A stretch of DNA of 64,000 bases from assembly GCA_951406725.2 (NCBI GenBank), contig OX597816.1:114886001-114950000 (forward strand), written 5' to 3'. This DNA comes from Octopus vulgaris (Eukaryota). The notes under the pieces are model-generated. The model searched no databases, was not told where the DNA came from, and was given only the letters and a program-made list of their open reading frames with translations. A program made the translations under genes and the position numbers. Positions 52,206-64,000 of this stretch are shown piece after piece. Every line of letters begins with the position of its first letter. Within the stretch, counting starts at the first letter, position 1.

Positions 52206-52423
52206 ACTTCCATTACAGCTTTGAGGAAATAATTGTTAAAATCGAACTGCACTCTTCAAAACTTGTACTAAGAATAAGCACAAGGTAAAATTACTACCTA
52301 CTTTCATGGCAAGTTGATGCAGGTAGTTTATCCCATCCCCCTTCAACTTTTAGTTCATGCAATTGAAAATCCTGCATTAGTTATGAGATAACCCAATACG
52401 TATACATTTATATATATATGTAT

Positions 52424-52612
52424 AGCGAAAATTTACTAAAAAACAAAAGACGAAGATGGGTGTGTAAACAATGAACAGATGTATTAGTTTAACACTCGGG
52501 AAGTGAGAAAGTCTTTAACATTTTGAGCCTGGGCTCTTCGACAGAAAGGAACACAGAAATAAACAGTAAGAAAATAGAAAAAGGTTTAGTGGCTAGCAAT
52601 CTATCATGGCAA
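52424..52612 (-). mobile_element. Penelope-like short repeat family P2 with variant hammerhead
   Basis: Minus strand CTTT-CTGTCGA-AGAGCCCAGGCTC-AAAATGTT-AAAG; homologous to 6006-6195. Confidence 0.6.
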
Positions 52613-52686
52613 AAATGATATATATAGACAGATAAATAGATATACATACATATAATATATATTTGTGTATATATATGCATATATAT

Positions 52687-52941
52687 GACATAGTGGTTAA
52701 GAGCATGGGCTACTAACCCCAAGATTCCGAGTTCAATTCTAGACAGTGACCTTAATAATAATAATAATAACATCAAAAAATACCTTAAGAATGAGAACCT
52801 AGGTTCAAAATTTCCCTAAGACACCTGAAGAGGCTGGACAGTCTATCAGCCAAAACGTTGTGTTAACAACAAACAAGATGAGGACAAATAGCCGTCAAAT
52901 GTAAATAATGTAAATAATTCCTCATCACTTAAATATAGAAA
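52687..52941 (+). mobile_element. P3: tRNA-like head + (TAA)n linker + hammerhead motif + AT-rich tail
   Basis: TAGTGGTTAAGAGC (A-box region), GGG-CTACTAA-CCC anticodon-like arm, GAGTTCAATTCT (B box); GACAC-CTGAAGA-GGCTGG..TCAGCC-AAAACGTT-GTGTT. Confidence 0.7.
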
Positions 52942-53189
52942 TGTATTATAGAAGCAGAAGTATTATGTGAAATTAATTTTAACGATATCATCAAGCACTT
53001 TGCAATTAAAAAAAATAAGTAAAGGAGAAAACTTTTCAAGTATGAATAAAGTGGAAGCATACAAAAATAAACATTATTTTCCATCTTACTGTTAGTTTTG
53101 TTTCATTTTGAAAAATGAGAATTTATTGTATGGTTTAATATCGCTTATAGTTTGAATTCTTTTTGTTTACACTTTGAACCATTTACATA

Positions 53190-53252
53190 TACTTGAGGGC
53201 ACCAAAACCTTTTAAGTGCTTAGGGCCTCTATGGGTCATAATCCAGCTCTTG
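53190..53252. mobile_element. Possible hAT-type MITE terminus
   Basis: Minus strand CAAGAGCTGGATTATGACC..GGCCC resembles CAGGGCCGGATT-type ends; no partner found. Confidence 0.3.
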
Positions 53253-53513
53253 TACTGTGTTCAACAACGGTATGATAGTCCAGGAAGACTCTCAGAGCAC
53301 ACCTCGTGACAATAAACGTATGGAGGAACTTAACATTAGTAGAACTTGAGGAAGTCCACTGGGGAAGGAAAAGGAATTGAAAAAGACTGAAAAGCATGGT
53401 AGTGATTGGGGGAAGCTGGTTGAGGTGTTTAGGGAGGAGCAGTAGGGCAGTTTCAGACAGATGGAGTGGCCAAGGAAGTAGCTAGATGAGTGACAGGGAT
53501 TGACTAAATACTA

Positions 53514-53558
<45 letters not shown>

Positions 53559-54655
53559 ACACTGCATACATATACATTCAGAAAGAGAGAGAGAGAGAGA
53601 GAGAGCAGTTATATAGAGAGACAAAGTGAAGCAGATATATCATCATCATCATCAACATCATCAATTAATGTCCGATTTCCATGCTGGCACAGGTTGTACG
53701 GTTTGACAGGAGCTGGCAAGGCCAATAGCCACACCAGATTCCATAGTCTGTTTTTGCCTGGGTTTCTATAGCTTTATACCTTTTCTGATGCCAACCGCTT
53801 TACAGAGTGTACAGGTGATTTTTTACATTGCTTGATCACCAGTGCTTTTTGCGTGGCACCATCACCAATATTTTATATTAGGAACCACCACCAGTTCCTC
53901 TTACATAATATCTCTTTGTTTGTCTTTCTAACTGTCTCTCTGTCTGCCTGTCTGGCTGTCTGCCTGTGTATCTACCTATCTGTCTGCCTATCTATTTGCA
54001 TATTTGTATTTGTATGTTTGTATGTATGTATGTATGTATGTATGTATAAATATCTATCTATCTATCAATCTATCTATCTCAATCTCTCTCTCTCTCTCTC
54101 TCTCTTTCTATATATATATATATATATACACACACACATATATATATACATATATATACATACATATATATATATCCATATACATATACATATGTTTATA
54201 TAATATATGCACATAGATGTATGTACATATATATTTACAAATGTACTTGCGTATATGTGTGCGTTAGTTTGCGAGCACTAGAGATGTATGCTTGTGTCTG
54301 TGTGTGCACACATCTATGTGTGTGCTTGTGTGTGCTTGTGTGTGTGTGTGTGTGTGTGTATACATGTGTCTAGAAGATTCTGTATTAGTTACACACACAT
54401 ATTCCCTTCAACACTCTAAAGAATGCAGCACAACATAATTATTTGCTAGCACAGCTGATTGCATTATAATCACTGGTGAACGTTGCTGCCAAAAAGAGTT
54501 GGTGCTGACACTGGAGAAGTAACACTTTCTGAAGACATCTTGAGACAGCTGAAGAAATGTTAAGCTGACAGGACGCTGCTTATACGGGCGAGTCAAGAGA
54601 CTAAGTTTTGTTTAGATTAAATTGTGTGTGTTTGTGTGTGTGTGTGTGTGTGTGA

Positions 54656-54699
<44 letters not shown>

Positions 54700-54898
54700 A
54701 CGTGTGGTTAGATGGTGGTGTTGGTGGTGTCTGTGTGTATACACATACATTCATACATACATACACATGCATATACAGTGACTCACACACAGTGACACAC
54801 ATACACACACACGTACCTATGTATTTGTAGCTTTCTCTGTTGTATATATGAATATATATGTTTGTATGTGTGTGTGAGTGTGTGTGTATGTATTTATA

Positions 54899-54961
<63 letters not shown>

Positions 54962-55203
54962 CTTTGTCCGTGTGTATATATGGCAAGAGAGACAGGAAGG
55001 AAATTGTTAGCTATATATATATGTATACCTAACTACATGTATAATTATTTATTATGCATACATGCACACAGGCACACGTACACATGCATCTGCATACATA
55101 ATATGAATATGTATATACACACATATATGTATACATATGCTTATATATTCACATGTACATATACATATATATATATACATAATATGTATTAATATATATA
55201 TAT

Positions 55204-55249
<46 letters not shown>

Positions 55250-55885
55250 GTGGTATACATTTATACACACACATACATACAGACTCATAGACACATATAC
55301 ACATACTTTTTAATCACTCTCTCTCTCTCTGGAGAGTTATGTGTACAAGTAAATTATTTGCTTTCTCTGTGTGCTGTGAGTGAGGACCAATTCTGATGAT
55401 ATTAAAACTAAGTTTGGCAGATAGAGTTCTGAAAGTTAAGTAGCAGCAATCTAGTATGCTAGGTAAATAGGGAACTGTTTTGGTCGGGGGGCAGTGGAAC
55501 CATCTGAGAATTTCAGTCAGGAGCTTCTGGCAAATTAGATGTCACTTTATTGACTTTGAATAGTAAATCTTATACTCAACAGTACTACAATTTTGTTTGT
55601 TTGGAATGTAGTTCTGTTGATTTTTGAACTTAAAACCTATATAGAATCTGTAGGTCATCTACAATGATTTAAATGTATGAGATAATCTCAATAATCGTTT
55701 CAGTTTTGATTCTTTGTTAGAGACATTTCATGTTAACCATATTGTTAATGTCCTACAGTTAAAGAATTCTGAGAAAAGTTTGAAATTGGAATTATGTGGG
55801 TTCTATCAATGAATTGGCAGATATTGTTAGTTGAGAAAGTAAGTAGGTAAGGGATTTAGCAACATCTGTTAAGTTATGGAATCTT

Positions 55886-55942
55886 TCATCATCATCATCA
55901 TCCTCATCATCATCATCATCATCTTCATCCTCATCCTCATCC

Positions 55943-55973
<31 letters not shown>

Positions 55974-57020
55974 TTAACATTCATTATCTATGCTCTCATG
56001 GATTGGACGGTTTGACCCAGGATAGTAAGCTGAGGGGCTGCACCAGACCAGTCTGGTTTGGCATGATTTTAACAATTGGATGCCCATCCTAACACCAACC
56101 ACTAGAAGAGTGTAATGGGTGTTTTTACATGTACACAACTGGTATGGGTGCCAGTCGCATGACACCAATATCTGCCATGACTATGATTTCATTTGGCTTG
56201 ATGGATCTTCCTTCTGAAGCACAGTATATTCTTTTCTACTCTAAGCACATGGCCCGAAATGTTTGGGAAGGGCACCAGTCGATTAGGTCAACCCCAGTAC
56301 ACAACTGATACTTTAATTTATCGAGCCCAAAAGGATGAAAGGCAAAGTCGACCTTGGTGGAATTTGAACTCAGAATATAAAGACAGACGAAATATCTATT
56401 TCTTTACTACCCATAAGGGGCTAAACACAGAGAGGATAAAAAAGGACAGACAAACAGATTAAGTCGATTATATCGACCCCAGTGCGTTACTGGTACTTAT
56501 TTAATCAACCCCGAAAGGATAAAAGGAAAAGTCAACCTCAGCCAAATTTGAACTCAGAATGTAGCGGCAGATGAAATACCTATTTCTTTACTACCCACAA
56601 GGGGCTAAACACAGAGAGGACAAACAAGGACAGACATAGGTATTAAGTTGATTATATCGACCCCATTGTGTAACTGGTACTTATTTAATCGACCTCGAAA
56701 GGATGAAAGGCAAAGTCAACCTCGGCAGAATTTGAACTCAGAATGTAGCAGCAGACGAAATACCGCTAAGCATTTCACCCGGCATGCTAACGTTTCTGAC
56801 AGCTCGCCATCTTCAAGCACAGTATATTGCCAAAGGTCTCAGTCATTTGTCATTACCTCCAAGAGGCTCAGTGCTCAAAAGGTGCTTCTTACATGCCACT
56901 GGCATGGCTGCTAGTTCTGTGACACCAGCATTGGTCACATAGCCTCAATGAGACCCAATGCTCAAAAGGTGCTTTTTACGTCACTGGCATGGGTGCAAGT
57001 TATGTGCACTAGCATCGGCC
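55886..57020 (-). mobile_element. Old RTE 3' UTR split by a SINE B trimer
   Basis: (CAT)n tail and family match to 56230; resumes at ~56811. Confidence 0.7.
56231..56810 (-). mobile_element. SINE B trimer, 184-bp period, single TSD
   Basis: AAGGAT.AAAG.AAAGTC at 56331, 56515, 56699; TSD AAGCACAGTATATT at 56217-56230 and 56815-56828. Confidence 0.85.
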
Positions 57021-57318
57021 TAACACTGATATTGGCCAATTGGTTAATTTGTTCAGAATTTGAAAAATTGTCTTGTGGTATTTATTCTGAATTCCTTCAC
57101 TTTATGTTCAAATCCTACTGAAATCAACTTCATATTTTATCTTTTTACTGTTTAAGTAGGATTTGAAAACATAGTGCAGGAATTCAGAATAAATACCACA
57201 AGGCAATTTTTCAAATTCTGAACAAATTAACCAATTGGCCAATATCAGTGTTAGGCCGATGCTGGTGCACATAACTTGCACCCATGCCAGTGGTATGAAA
57301 AAGCACCTTTTGAGCATT
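56957..57318. repeat. High-identity palindrome, ~163-bp arms, 35-bp spacer
   Basis: 56957-57119 is the reverse complement of 57155-57318 with few differences. Confidence 0.93.
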
Positions 57319-57415
57319 TAGTATAGATAGATATATCTATATCTATCTATATATCTATCTACCTATCTATCTATCTATCTATCAATCTAAATATCTATCT
57401 ATCTATCAATCTAAA

Positions 57416-57520
<105 letters not shown>

Positions 57521-57537
57521 ATATGTATATATCAATA

Positions 57538-57921
57538 GGCATAGGAGTGGCTGTGTGGTAAGTAGCTTGCTTACCAACCACATGGTTTTGGGTTCAGTCC
57601 CACTGCGTGGCAAGTGTCTTCTACTATAGCCTAGTGCTGACCAAGCCTTGTGAGTGGATTTGGTAGATGGAAACTGAAAGAAGCCAGTCGTATATATGTA
57701 TATGTATATATATATGTGTGTGTTTGTGTGTCTGTGTTTGTCTCCCCCAACATCGCTTGACAACTGATGCTGGTGTGTTTACGTCCCTGTAACTTAGCAG
57801 TTTGGTGAAAGAGGCCGATAAAATAAGTACTTACAAAGAATAAATCCTGAGGTCGATTTGCTCAACTAAAAGGCAGTGCTCCAGCATGGCCACAGTCGAA
57901 TGACTGAAACAAGTAAAAGAG
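57538..57921 (+). mobile_element. SINE family A, full length
   Basis: Family match. Confidence 0.9.
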
Positions 57922-58201
57922 AATACTGTTTGGAAAACAGGAAGGATCTTAGACATGGAAGCTATAGTGATGAAAATATGATTCCAGGCTTTTCAAACCC
58001 TTGGAAGTCATACATACCTCTACTACTACAACTGCTGCTGCTGCTTCTACTACTACTACTGTAGTAATAGTAGTAGTTAGTAGTAGTACCATTATCATCA
58101 GAAGTTGTTAACTCTTCTTGGCTGTCAGAAACAATGTTAATCTTCCCCATTTCATTTCAAATATATTTTTTGCAAACATACACATACACATACACACAAA
58201 G

Positions 58202-58239
<38 letters not shown>

Positions 58240-59239
58240 ACACACACTCACACCACATATATACCCACATATCTGCACATAAATATCTATATATATAGTC
58301 ACGCCCATGTTATGTATAAGAACTATATATACACACACATACATACATACACACACACATACATACATACACATATACATACATACATACATATACACGC
58401 ACACTAAGTGCAAACATCCATATATACATAGAGGCATCCACCCCTATCAGCCATCTGTTCTCTCCTTGTCTACTCATCTACTCTGCTCTCTCTCCTCCTT
58501 CTCTTTCCATGCTAGAACTATTCAGAGATTATCTACTGAGATTTATCGGCTCACTACAAACTGATGACAACTGACTAGAACTGAACATCATCACAATCAT
58601 CATCACAATCATCATTATTACTATCATCTGCAAACATCATCATCATTACCACCACCACCACCACCACCACCACCACCACCGCCACAAACACCACAACCAC
58701 CACAACCACCGTCACCGCCACTGCCATCACCATTATCACCACCGCCACCACCACTGTTACCAATGTTGCAGTTGACATCATCATTGTCATCATCACTATC
58801 ATCATTATCATTGGCAGCAGCAGCTGCAGTGGAAGCAGTGGTTTGTGGCAACAGCCAATGCCTGAAGTGTTGGAAAAAAATTGTTAGGGAATCTTCCATA
58901 TTTACCCTTTTTCTTTCACTCTTTGAGACACCAGAGTCACTTTAAGGATTCAGTCTCTTACATCAACCCCTTTACTTTATAGAATGCTGAGTTGTGGGAC
59001 ATAGAACTGAATGTAAACAACACTTTTTAGACTGTAAACATAGATATGGACATTGACTGCCAAATACTTATATAGATGTATAAATATTATTTATGTGTGT
59101 CAAAATTGTGGTGATTTTCAATTGACAACTGACGAAGGGTCAGACTTGTGCACGTCTGTCTGTGCTAATTTTCACTCGTTGACATACATACTCACATACA
59201 TACACACATATATACTATTATACATGCGAGTATGCCTGC

Positions 59240-59270
<31 letters not shown>

Positions 59271-59272
59271 GT

Positions 59273-59672
59273 ATCATCATCATCATCATCATCATTTAAC
59301 GTCCGTTTTTCATGCTGGCATGAGTTGGACGGTTTGGCAGGAGCTGGCCAATTGAAGAGTTGCCCAAGTTCTGTATCTGTTTTACCATGGTTTCTATGGT
59401 TTGATGCCTTTCCTAATGCCAACCACTTTACACGGTGCCCACTGGCACCCATAAGCCCACAATATTAGGATCATTCAGCTGAAGAGGGATGCAGTGGACA
59501 TGCCTGTACTATGTATTTACTTAGCTAGATATGTCTTCTCAAGCGCAGCAAAATGTCAGAAGTCTCAGTCCCCTGTCATCCCCTTTGTTAGGCCCATCAT
59601 CAGAAGATCCTTTCTCACTGCTTCATCCCAAGTCTTCCTGGATCTTCCCCTTCCACATGTTCCCTCCACAAA
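59273..59672 (-). mobile_element. Diverged RTE 3' end with ORF C-terminal remnant
   Basis: Minus strand VEGTCGRGRSRKTWDEAVRKDLLMMGLTKGMT plus family 3' UTR. Confidence 0.78.
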
Positions 59673-60185
59673 TTAGTTTATCTTTTATCTTTTCGCTGTT
59701 TCAGTCATTAGACTGCAGCTAAGCTAGGGCACTGCCTCTGTAGTGAAAGCCCATGTTTCAATGCCATGTAACATAGCCGTACATACACAGGCATCATACT
59801 GTCAGCCTTTTACTCTGTTACTAATAAAGGTAAAAGCTCTCTAAACTTCACCCAGCCTGTTCTTATCCTAGCAACTACACTTTCAGAACTTCCTCCACCA
59901 CTGTTTACTTGGTCTCTTAAGTAATAGAAGCTATCTACTACCTCTAAGGGAATCCGTTGTCTGCATACTTTTAGTGCTTACTGTACCTGCACATTTCACA
60001 CACACACGCACACACACACACACAAACACAAACACACACACACATCATCATCATCATTTAACATCCATGTTTTGTGTTGCCATGTGTTAGACAGTTTCAC
60101 AAGGATTTAATGAGAGTTAAGGATTGCGTCATACTACAGTGTGCATGGAGAGCTCATTTTGTGCCACCAGTACTATTTACATCTT

Positions 60186-60258
<73 letters not shown>

Positions 60259-60654
60259 TTATATATTTATTTATATATTTATATATATTTATTTATTTAT
60301 ATATTTATATATATATATATATATATATTCTTTTATTCATTTACTTGTTTCAGTCTGCAGCCATGCTGGAGCACTGCTTTTTAATCAAACAAATAAACCC
60401 CAGGACTTATTCTTTTTAAGCTTGGTACTTATTCTGTCAGTCTCTTTTGCCAAACCACTAAGTTACAGGGACATAGGCACACCAAAGTTGGTTGTCAATC
60501 GACAGTGGGAGAACAAACACAGACACATAGAAAGAGAGAGAAAAAGAGAGAAAGAGAGAGAGACAGGAGAGACAGGAGAGATATATATATAGGTAGATGG
60601 ATAGATATATAACATCTTTATATATCTGTATAAATAAGCATCACACATATGAAT

Positions 60655-61115
60655 ATATGGCATTGTCAAAAGAGAAACCAAACTTTTAAAACAGTGCGTT
60701 GTCTTGCCAACTAATGTTACTCTGTATATATGATGTTAACCTTCAGTCTAACAATAGCCACATATAAAGTCAAATCAGTTAGCCATCTATCAAAATGAAT
60801 TAGAGTGAATGAATGTCTGTTTTGTGTACTTAACAATTTGTCACAAGTTGAATAAAAGTTTGGAAACGGAATGCGTTTGCAAAATTCTGTTTCAAATTGG
60901 AAAACCGAATTATAAAAACTTTTCTAGTGCTGCAACAAACCTATAACTTGTGCCAGCTTTGAAATTAGGAAGAACATATTCCAAAGATAATCTCAGATCT
61001 GGATGACTATTCACAACAATAGATGATGATTATATTGTGGAAATATATGTTGTAGAGCATGAAAATTTCTGCCTTACTGTCCACGAAGTTTTTGAAGCGG
61101 TAGGCACCTATATAA
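60655..61115 (+). mobile_element. Decayed mariner 5' fragment
   Basis: KFCFKL..KTFLVLQQTY, KLGRTYSKDNLRSG*LFTTIDDD, CLTVHEVFEAVG. Confidence 0.6.
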
Positions 61116-61249
61116 CTTCATACCATGGGATTTTCTATGTACAAATGAATATACAAAATTTGAGCCATATCTACTGACATAAGCCAAATGAGAATCAAGT
61201 TACAGTCGGGAGGACATAAGCTAAGGAATAGAAGAAAATATATGTATGT

Positions 61250-62365
61250 AAAAAGCACCCTTGCTGGTACCACCTTGGCACTGGTACCCATGCCAGTGCC
61301 ATGTACAAAAGTATCCTTGCTGGCATGATATACAATGGTACCAATGCCAGTACCATGTATGAAAGTAACCATGCCAGTGTCATGTAAAATTGCACTCATC
61401 CTGGTGTCATGTAATAAAGCACCCATGCTTCTATCAAATCCATTTGTGAGGCTTTGGTTGGCGTGAGGCTATAGTAGATGACATTTGTCCAAGGTGCCAT
61501 GCAGTGGGACTGAACCCAGAACCATGTGGCTGGGAAGCAAACTTCTTACCACACAGCCATGCCTGCAGCTGTGTGTGTATATATATATATATATATAGAA
61601 AGAGAGAGAGAGAGAGAGGAGAGAGAGTAGAGATATATAGGTAGAAGGATAGATATGTCACGTAATAAAGCATGTAATAAAGCACCAACACAAAAAACCT
61701 GTGCTAGTGCCATGTAAAAGCATCCCATGCACTCTGTAAAGTGATTGGTGTTAGGAAGGGCATCCAGCTCTATAAACCAAGCCAAAATGGACAGCTAGAA
61801 CATGGTGTAGCCCTCCAGTTTGCTAGCTTCTGTAAAACCATCCAACCCATGCCAGCATGGAAACACACATTAGATGGTGAGGATGAGGATGATGATACAT
61901 TCTTATCATCATCCCAAAGAGCAATCTATAATTTCATTCATACATACACCATCTCTCTCTCTCACACACACACACGTGTATATATCATCATCATCATCGT
62001 CATCATCACCATCATCGTTTAACATCTGTTTTCCATGCTAGCATGGGTTGGACAGTGCAACCGGGGTCTGGGAAGCCTGGAGGCTGTACCAGGCTCCAGT
62101 CTGATCTGGCAGTGTTTCTACAGCTTGATGACATTCCTAACGCCAACCACTCTGTGAGTGTAGTGGGTACTTTTTACGTGCCAACTGCATAGGTGCCAGG
62201 GGAGGCTGGCAATGGCCATGATCAGTTGGTGCTTTTTATGTGCCACCGGCATGGAAGCCAGTTACGGCAGCGCTGGCATCGGCCACGTTCAGATGGTGCT
62301 TTTTACATGCCACCAGCACAGGTATTACAACTACAATTTCCATTTGATTTTTGATGTTGATGTTG
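61250..62365. mobile_element. Convergent RTE 3' ends (61250-61895 plus, with a SINE A head at 61430-61566; 61984-62365 minus)
   Basis: Family matches on both strands. Confidence 0.75.
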
Positions 62366-62675
62366 ATATATCTTTTATCTTTTGCTTGTTTCAGTCATTG
62401 GACAGCAGCCATGCTCAGGCATAACCTTAAAGATGAATGGAAAAGTCAATATTGGTAGTATTTGGACACAGAACATAAAAGCTGAAAGAAATGGCACGAA
62501 GCATTTTGTTCAGTCTGCTAACAATCTTGGCAGTCCACATACACTCACACTCTGTGTGTGTGTGTGTGTGCGTGTGTGTGTGTGCATGTGTGTGCATGCG
62601 TGTGTGTGTAGGTGTGTGCATGCATATGTATGCATATATGCAGCCAGGTGTATACACACACACACACACACACGC

Positions 62676-62715
<40 letters not shown>

Positions 62716-63389
62716 AGTCTCTTTCTTTTATTGGTTTCTGTTATTCCAATTCTGGTTATTCCAATTCTCTTGTTATCTCTAACTGTTCACCTTTGTTTCT
62801 CTTCCATGTGCTCCATCTCATCATACATACATACATACATACATACATACATACATACATACATGCATACATAGACATACACAAGCCGACTAGCAATCTT
62901 TTTGTGGCTGCTCAACTTGCAAGAAAAAGCAGTTAAGATTTCCCTCAAATCTCATCCTAGAATCATCATTTGGACGATCATAAACATACAAAAAATCCCC
63001 AACAAAATACAAAAAAATAAGCTCACAGCTGGAATGCTTTTGATCATAGGTATGTGCTAATTGAGCATAACTATGATATCCTGGGGCTAAACAATGATAA
63101 CACTGACATTTCTTCTTACCTTTAACGACCCCTCTATTATCTACTTCCTGTTTCTCTTTCCCATTCTTCATCTCTATCACTTTGTGTTTGTCTCTGTGTG
63201 TATACATGTGTTCACAGTGTAATTATATGTTACCTGTCTGTGTGTATGAGTGTGTGTATGTATGTGCATATGAATGTATGTATGTATGTGTGTGTGTGAA
63301 CGTATTTATGTAAGTATGTATGAGTGTGTATATATGTATTTATGTGTATGTATGTACGAATGCATGTATGCATGTTTGTATATAAAAGT

Positions 63390-63440
63390 ACAAATGATGA
63401 TGGAGATACTCCAATGATGATTATGATGATGTTGATGATT

Positions 63441-63489
<49 letters not shown>

Positions 63490-63522
63490 CAATGATGATG
63501 GCTGTAATGGTGGTAATATCAG

Positions 63523-63557
<35 letters not shown>

Positions 63558-63820
63558 CTGCCACTGCCACTGATGCAGATGATAACATTGATCATATGAT
63601 CAAGATGACCAAGATGAAGATGATGATGAAGCTGATGATGATGATGATGATGATGAGGGAGAAGACTGGGCGAAGAAGAAGCCGAAGATGAAATTGATGA
63701 TGATACCATTACAGATGAATGATAGTGGTGACGGTGATGGTGGTGGTGGTGGTGGTGGTGGTGGTGGTGGTGGTGGTGGTGGTAGTAGTAGTGTTGTTGT
63801 TGTTGGTGGTGGCGGTGCTG
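63390..63820. repeat. Compound GAT/GCT/GGT trinucleotide microsatellite
   Basis: Directly visible; a similar tract lies at 58585-58830. Confidence 0.95.
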
Positions 63821-63964
63821 TTTATATTTCTGTTTCATTGGGAAGCGGGTAAAAAAAAAAAACTCTTACTTTGTAGAACTAACTGATGCTTGATGGCTTT
63901 TCTTCACAGCTGCGTACTTAGGTGGCAAACTGGATTTTCATACGTGCGCACACACACACACACA

Positions 63965-64000
<36 letters not shown>

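Noticed and set aside
52687-52745. tRNA-Ser gene, and other tRNA-like heads
   Set aside because: No acceptor stem or complete cloverleaf; SINE-type heads

Overview
Eukaryotic, AT-rich, extremely repeat-dense genomic DNA. The repeat families and microsatellite load look like a coleoid cephalopod, most likely Octopus (recognition from memory, not a search). Nearly all ORFs in the track are microsatellite artefacts. Real content: decayed mariner/Tc1/pogo/piggyBac/Helentron elements; a near-intact 3' half of an R4/Dong-like RLE LINE in a (TTA)n tract; RTE and CR1-type LINE 3' ends; three abundant tRNA-derived SINE groups; and two in-phase minus-strand exon candidates of an unidentified host gene (32980-32648, 32000-~31952). 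The most interesting signals: (1) several short families sitting in TA microsatellites that carry minimal Penelope-type hammerhead-ribozyme motifs, one fused behind a tRNA-like Pol III head (52687-52941); (2) an inverted SINE pair sharing a private variant that brackets the exon candidates; (3) many fold-back palindromes. No rRNA, bona fide tRNA or CRISPR seen. Coordinates of diverged repeats are approximate.
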